NCBI RefSeq assembly: GCF_006345805.1
Contig: NW_021835013.1
Span: forward strand, 1 to 43,633
Source: Octopus sinensis
Lineage: Eukaryota
DNA: 43,633 nt
Direction: 5' to 3'
Part shown: positions 36,862 to 43,633 of the stretch, piece by piece
Position numbering within the stretch: the first letter of the stretch is position 1
Layout of the letters: every line of letters starts with the position of its first letter
The notes under the pieces: model-generated
What the model was told of the DNA's origin: nothing
What the model saw: the letters and a program-made list of their open reading frames with translations, nothing else
Databases searched by the model: none
Position numbers and translations under genes: made by a program

Positions 36862-37080
36862 GTGTGTGTGACCGCGTGTGTACCGTTGTCGATTTTTTAT
36901 CCTCCGTCTTCTCTTCTTTGGATCTTTCCTTTTCATATGTTTCTGACGAAGAGCTCCACTCGAAACGTTGAACCCTCCTTCTTTCCTTCTTTCCTGAGCG
37001 TCCAATCATACTATAACTTGCTCCACGTCCTCGCGTTGTTGTGTTTTTCTCTTTGTGTTTTTCATGTTTGGATTAACTTA
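36862..37080 (+). mobile_element. Short hammerhead-bearing repeat (PLE pLTR-like), copy 2
   Basis: Collinear with 35040-35270; bounded by CA/TA microsatellites. Confidence 0.7.
36939..36973 (+). ncRNA. Minimal type I hammerhead ribozyme motif
   Basis: GTTT-CTGACGA-A-GAG-CTCCA-CTC-GAAAC-GTT-GAAC: canonical CUGANGA/GAAA core; stem I kept through a G-U pair. Confidence 0.7.
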
Positions 37081-37228
37081 TTATATATATATATATAGTA
37101 TATATATATATATCATATATATATTATATATATATATATAAAATATATACATATATAATAATATAGATATCATATATATACAATATATATATATATATAT
37201 ATACCTAATATATACATATATATAATAC

Positions 37229-37260
<32 letters not shown>

Positions 37261-37263
37261 ACT

Positions 37264-37294
<31 letters not shown>

Positions 37295-37486
37295 TATATT
37301 AATACATATATATATACATATTATATTATATATATATATATACATATATATATCATATACTAATAATATAGATATATATAATATATATATATATATATGT
37401 AGGTCCCGGTTTGATTCGGGGTTAACACACAGTAAATAAGGTACTCAATACATTGCAGAGTAAAATTAATTTATTATATAGAAGGA

Positions 37487-37533
37487 GCTTCTACACGTAG
37501 AACTGTTTTCATTCAGAAAAATCTTCAGGAAGC
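37487..37533 (-). ncRNA. Type I hammerhead-like motif, left arm of palindrome
   Basis: GCTTC-CTGAAGA-TTTTTCTGAAT-GAAAACA-GTTCTACG-TGTA-GAAGC: stem I GCTTC/GAAGC, stem III ACA/TGT, GUA triplet; one extra A in the GAAA run. Confidence 0.55.
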
Positions 37534-37539
37534 TCATGT

Positions 37540-37588
37540 GCTTCCTGAAGATTTCTCTTGAATGAAACAGTTTCTAGTCATGTAAAGC
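37540..37588 (+). ncRNA. Type I hammerhead-like motif, right arm of palindrome
   Basis: GCTTC-CTGAAGA-T-TTC-TCTT-GAA-T-GAAACA-GTTTCTAGTCA-TGTA-AAGC: stem II TTC/GAA closed by U-U; stem I lacks one G. Confidence 0.55.
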
Positions 37589-37607
37589 TCCTTCTATATA
37601 ATAAATT

Positions 37608-38151
37608 AGATATATATATATATACATATATATATATACATATATATATACATATATATATATAGATATATATATATATATACTAATATATAATATACCT
37701 ATATATATATACCTATATATATACATATATATATATAGATATATATATATATATATACATATATATATACCTATATATACATATATATCTAGATATATAT
37801 ATATATATATACATATATCTATACATACTATATATACATATTATATAGATTAATATATATATACATATAATACATATATATATAGCATATATATATATAC
37901 ATATATATATACATATATATATATATAATATATACATATATATATACATTATATACATATATAGATATCTATACATATATATATACATATATATATATAC
38001 ATATACTATACGCATATATATATAATATATATACATAATATATATCAGATATATATATATATATATATACATATATTAGACATATATATATCATAATACT
38101 ATACATATATATATACATATATATATAGATTATATATACATAATATATCGA

Positions 38152-38185
<34 letters not shown>

Positions 38186-38666
38186 CTCCATATATATATA
38201 TAGGATATATAATATATATACAATATATACATATATATATACACATATATATATACATATATCTATCTAGTATATATATATACATATATATATCTATAAT
38301 ATACAGTATATACTACTATATATATATAGATATATATTCTACATATATATATAATATATACATCTATATATATATACATATATATAATACATATAATATA
38401 CCTACCTATATATAACCTACATATATATATCATACCATATATATATACATATATATATATACATATATATATCACATACATATATATATATATACATATA
38501 TATATTACATATATATATATACAATATATAATACATATACATATATATACATATACATATATATACATATACTATATATACCATATATATATATATATAT
38601 AGATATATATATATATAGATACATATATATATACATATCTATAATATATAATATATTATTACATAC

Positions 38667-38700
<34 letters not shown>
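37608..38700. repeat. ~1.1-kb imperfect (TA)n-based array, the largest in the window
   Basis: Directly visible. Confidence 0.95.
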
Positions 38701-38703
<3 letters not shown>

Positions 38704-39580
38704 GTAAGATTCAAAGAACGAGTAGTAGGAAAAGTTAGCTTCAGCAATCCGTAGTAAATATTAAAAAAAATCTTTTAAGGAGAATAGTGGTAAAATGAAA
38801 CGGGAAGTTTTGGATGTTTTCGTATCGTAGCATGATAAACTGAAAAAAGTTCTTTTCATATTTCGCCGTAGGAGATCAGAGTTGCCGGATATGCGAATAA
38901 TACAAGAGTTATGAGATAGAATAGATAAAATCAGGGCTACATGTCTTTCGTAGTAAGCTGAACCAGGGAAATGGTAAATATCCAAGCGAGGTGTGTACTT
39001 CAGGCTACTGGTCAGACCAGGGATAGCTTGATTAAATGAAAGTTTTACATTGTCGCAAGGAGATACGATTTAACCCGTGGAAGATTCAATCAAAATGTGT
39101 AGAGAGCACAGTAGGAGTGGAGAGTATAAATGTAGAGAGAAATCAGGAATTAAACAAGGGAAAAAAGGAAAAAAAAATCATACGGGAGTGAAATGAATGA
39201 GTAATTTAAGTAAAGTCTTTTGACTGGTAGTATTGAATAGAGCTATACATATGTGTGTGTATGTGTGTGCCTCTGCATGTGTGTGTGTGTGTGTGTGTGT
39301 AGAAGGTTCAAAAGAAACACACGAGATGATATGTATAAGGAAAATAGGACAAAGAAGAAGATGCTAAAATAATTTTTATAATGAATAAATTTTAGTACCA
39401 GGTTCAGCCTGCGATTTTTTCAACTGCAAAAAAAAAAATGAATTGTGGAAAAATGAAATGAAATGTTTCTTTAAAATCTTTCCATAGTTTTCAAATACAT
39501 GGGACATTTTCGTTTTTTTCAGTCTTTATTTTAATTTGTGATGGCTCGACAAGTAGTTATGACACTAAATTAGATTTCAG

Positions 39581-39706
39581 GTTAAAATTCGGGAATACAG
39601 AAAAATAGCGCTTACTGAATGCCTCGACGTTTGCACCACTAACGAACAACCCAACTTCAGAATTGTTCCCTCTATAAATTCAAGGACGATGCAACCTCTT
39701 ATCAGC
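39581..39706 (+). CDS. Candidate exon (VKIREYRKIALTECLDVCTTNEQPNFRIVPSINSRTMQPLIS)
   Basis: Acceptor tagatttcag|, donor agc|gtatga, 126 nt, phase 0-0; C-x3-C-x7/8-F-x-IV motif shared with 10520-10600. Confidence 0.4.
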
Positions 39707-39924
39707 GTATGAGCAGAGACTCATATTTTATGGCAAAATATAAACCCGTTTTGAGTGCTTCCACCAGAGATGAAACTACTAAAAGGGGCCTTAGAATAAT
39801 ACCCACGCAAATATCAAAATCAATATCTACTGTAAACACAAATGGTGACTTTTACGTCACTTGGCCACTTAAGAGAACTTCAACAACCCCCTAGTGTCAT
39901 GCTGCACCTGTGTTCTTATTCTTC

Positions 39925-40080
39925 CTCGTTTTTCCTTCTTCTTCTTCTCCTTCTTCTTCTCTTCTTCTTCGTCTTCTTCTTCATCTTCCTCCTCTTCTCC
40001 CATTTCTTTTTTCTCTACACCTATTTCTTCTTCCTCTCCTTCCCATTCTCTTTCATCTTCCTCCTCTTCTCCTATATCCA
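39925..40080. repeat. (TCT/TCC)n polypyrimidine low-complexity tract
   Basis: Directly visible; gives the poly-E, poly-S and poly-L ORFs. Confidence 0.9.
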
Positions 40081-40516
40081 TCTCAAGTCTTTCACTCTAT
40101 ACACGCCAGCAAAATTTCATTCGTCTTTATTAGGCGAAATATACCTATTGTTATTTTCTTGTTGTTTGTATTTGTAATTGTGTAGCATGTTCTCCGTCTT
40201 TTCTCTTTGTTGTCCTACACATTCGCTTGCTTTCTCACAATAAAAATTTAATGCTCGTAGCTTAGACTGCTTCAGGACAACCATATTTAAATATTCTCAA
40301 GTGTGACTGTCCGAAACTGTACATACAATCTGGAAACTCTACTAAGGAGATAAGAGCACGAATGACCCGTCCTTGTTTATTTTACTGTCCGTCTGTTTTT
40401 CCTGTCCGTCTTTATAATGTCTATCTGTCCCACTGATTTATTTTCCGCCATTATGTTTTTCTACATTTTATATATTTTATATATATTTATATATATATAT
40501 TATATATATATATATA

Positions 40517-40565
<49 letters not shown>

Positions 40566-40615
40566 ATATATATATATTTATATATAACTGTGTAATATAT
40601 ATATATATAATATAT

Positions 40616-40665
<50 letters not shown>

Positions 40666-40852
40666 GCACGGAAGTATGCTCGTTCTAAATATAAGGTAGA
40701 TAACGCGCTGGGATTAGAATGCAGACGGAATTAGGAGAGTCAAAGAAGAATGCCGAGAAACGGGTAATCAGATGGTAAAGAGATTTAGTAAAGTACGGCA
40801 AATCTATTTATCTAAAGCACAAATGATTGTACACATCTGCTGCCATCTCTGG

Positions 40853-40888
<36 letters not shown>

Positions 40889-41867
40889 TATATATGTATA
40901 TACATACATATATATATATATATATGTATGTATATATATACATATATATATATATATATGTATGTATATATATATATACCATACATATATATCGTTATAT
41001 ATGTATGTATGTATAGATATATATACATCCACATATATATATATAGTATGTATATATATATATATATATATATCATACATATATTAATACATACCTATAT
41101 ATAATACATAATGTATTATATATATATAGATATATATATATGATATATATATATATATATATATATAATAACAAGTGTGAGTGCGTGTGTGTATACATAC
41201 GCAGACAGATACGGTGTTATAGATACATACACAAGTGTTTGTGATTGAGCGTTTGCTTGAATATTCGTCTCTGTGTGCGAGAGAGCGTATGTGGGTGTTT
41301 AATATATTTCAAACAGATGTTTATGTCATAGTGTGTCTTTTCAGGAATATTATATTTATATATATCTTCGAGTATACTAAATAATACTATATTAAATTCG
41401 CTCTACAGACGAACGGAGACTGATATCAATATAGGCATATACATATATACAAACGCACCCATGTTTTCATAGATAGAGAGACAGATAGATTGATAGATAT
41501 ATAAATAGATACATACATACATACATACATACATACAATCATACATATATACATACCAATGAATGCAGACATATTTCAAAGTTACACTTTTCAGTATGGC
41601 ATTCTGTGATTGCTTTATGATATATAAAAGCTACGAATATTACACTGCATAGAATACGAATTCGTTTATTATTAAACATAGCAATTAGTGACAACTATGC
41701 TGCTTTGCCTTTTGACATTTCAGCATCATTCTTGAAGTAAATTTCATTCTCAGCGTCTAAGTATTAAACAAGTAAGTTATTGTAGTATCAGGTTCCAGTT
41801 TCACTGCCAATGACTATGAGTCTCTTTGCCTGTCTGTGTCAGCGGGTGTTTGTATTTCTGTCTCTCT

Positions 41868-41870
41868 ATG

Positions 41871-41931
<61 letters not shown>

Positions 41932-41960
41932 ATTTCTATCTTTCTATCTATCTATTTATC
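41868..41960. repeat. (CTAT)n microsatellite
   Basis: Directly visible. Confidence 0.95.
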
Positions 41961-42029
41961 TGTCTGTTTATTTTTCTGTCTGTCTATCTTATTTATCACT
42001 CTAACTATATATATACTCTTTACTCTTTT

Positions 42030-42236
42030 ACTTGTTTCAGTCATGTGACTATGGCCATGGTGGAGCAAATCGACCCCATGACTTATTCTTTGGAAGCCTA
42101 GTACTTATTCTATCGGACACTTTTGCCGAACCGCTAGGTTACGTGGACGTAAACACAACAGCATCAGTTTTCAAGCGATGCTGGGAGGACAAACACAGGC
42201 ACACAACCATACACACACACACACACCCACACACAA

Positions 42237-42273
<37 letters not shown>

Positions 42274-42438
42274 TGCGACGGGCCTCTTTTAGTTTCCGTT
42301 TACCAAATCCATTCACAAGGCTTTGGTCGGCCCGAGGCTATACTAGAAGACACTTGCCCAATGTGGCACGCAGTGGGACTGAACCCGAAACCACGTGGCT
42401 GCTAAGTAAGCTACTTACCAACGAGCCACTCCTACGTC
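42030..42438 (-). mobile_element. tRNA-derived SINE family C
   Basis: Collinear with 17893-18331, including the internal CA/TA spacer. Confidence 0.85.
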
Positions 42439-42542
42439 TATATATAAATAGCCCTATATGTACATTCTCTTTTCACAATGATATGAAAAAAACTGTGTTT
42501 TTTTTCTTTTTTTTCTTTTTTCTGTGTTTTCTTGTTTGATTA

Positions 42543-42600
<58 letters not shown>

Positions 42601-42675
42601 TTATATAATATATATATATATATATAATATACATATATTATATACATATATATATAATATATATATATATATATC

Positions 42676-42708
<33 letters not shown>

Positions 42709-42735
42709 CATATAATATATATATATATATATCAT

Positions 42736-42777
<42 letters not shown>

Positions 42778-43309
42778 AAAAAGCCTGTGTCATAGTGCTA
42801 AGTATATGTGAGCCTGCACATGACCTTGCATTTTGTATCTCAGGAAAGAGATATTTGTAATCACATGCAGTATAGAAACCTATATGGTTTCCACGTTTCT
42901 GACTAAATGTGTAATCATTTTAGCGTCCCGAATTATTCTTCCTATTTAGTCAAATTTCTTTGCTTTGAAGTCACTTAAAAAAGAACTTAGGCCATACACC
43001 CCCCATATCTATATATATATATATATATAAAAACCTATGTGTGTGTATGTGTATATGGCAAAGGAAAACACAACAAATAAAACATATGTACATGCATAAG
43101 TACGAAGGAAAAAAAAAATGATGCAATGAATATATTTTGTATGTCTATAGGTGTGAACATAGATATGTCTTCTCGCTCTAACGTAAATATTAGCATCGAT
43201 CGCTACATTTGTTCGATATAGGAATTATTTCTGCTGTATCTTTCGACGCACACACACACACACCCATACGCCTACACACAAGCACAGACATAATAGAATA
43301 ATAAAAAAT

Positions 43310-43402
43310 AAAATAATAATAATAATAATATTAATAATAATGATGATGATGATAATGATAATGATGATGATGACGATGATGATGATGATGATGATGATGA
43401 TA
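43310..43402. repeat. (AAT)n-(GAT)n microsatellite
   Basis: Directly visible. Confidence 0.95.
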
Positions 43403-43486
43403 AAAAAATCATAATGGTGCTTCGAATTTTTCAATCAAAATATTTTTTAAAATATATAAAATATATATAATATATATATATGTATG

Positions 43487-43538
<52 letters not shown>

Positions 43539-43633
43539 ATATATAGCTCAAATTTACAGTAAACAAATGACGAAGACAGGTGGTAGGAAGAACAAGCAGG
43601 TGTACTAGTTTAACGCTCAGAAGAATAGAAAAG

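Larger units (their letters stand above)
37399..37607. mobile_element. Fold-back element embedded in (TA)n with a ~140-bp palindrome
   Basis: Arms 37468-37533 and 37540-37607 are near-perfect reverse complements around a 6-nt loop; unique ~70-bp leader. Confidence 0.75.

Noticed and set aside
40267-40325. Hammerhead-like GGACA/TGTCC stem followed by GAAAC
   Set aside because: The core reads CTGCTTCA instead of CUGANGA and stem I does not pair; at most a dead remnant.

Overview
AT-rich eukaryotic DNA, very probably an octopus (incirrate cephalopod). I infer this from my recollection of its SINE families and from the very high (TA)n/(CA)n microsatellite load; I ran no search. There are no prokaryotic features, rRNA or CRISPR arrays, and most ORFs in the supplied track are microsatellite translation artefacts. 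The window holds: (i) at least 12 tRNA-headed SINE copies from about 4 modular families, several with target-site duplications; (ii) two abutting 5'-truncated RLE-type (R4/Dong-like) LINE fragments at 20.9-22.5 kb; (iii) several repeats that look like Penelope-like-element (PLE) ends and carry type I hammerhead ribozyme motifs, including a ~140-bp palindrome at 37468-37607 with a hammerhead on each strand; (iv) a ~220-bp MITE-like fold-back; (v) a spliced minus-strand gene (about 31.8 kb to at least 26.8 kb) with four phase-compatible exons and a cysteine pattern loosely like a C-type-lectin-like domain; (vi) scattered, disrupted plus-strand coding-like segments with a similar cysteine pattern. 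Single-base homopolymer frameshifts recur in the candidate exons, so either the assembly is indel-rich or these are young pseudogenes. Protein family assignments are by-eye motif inferences only.
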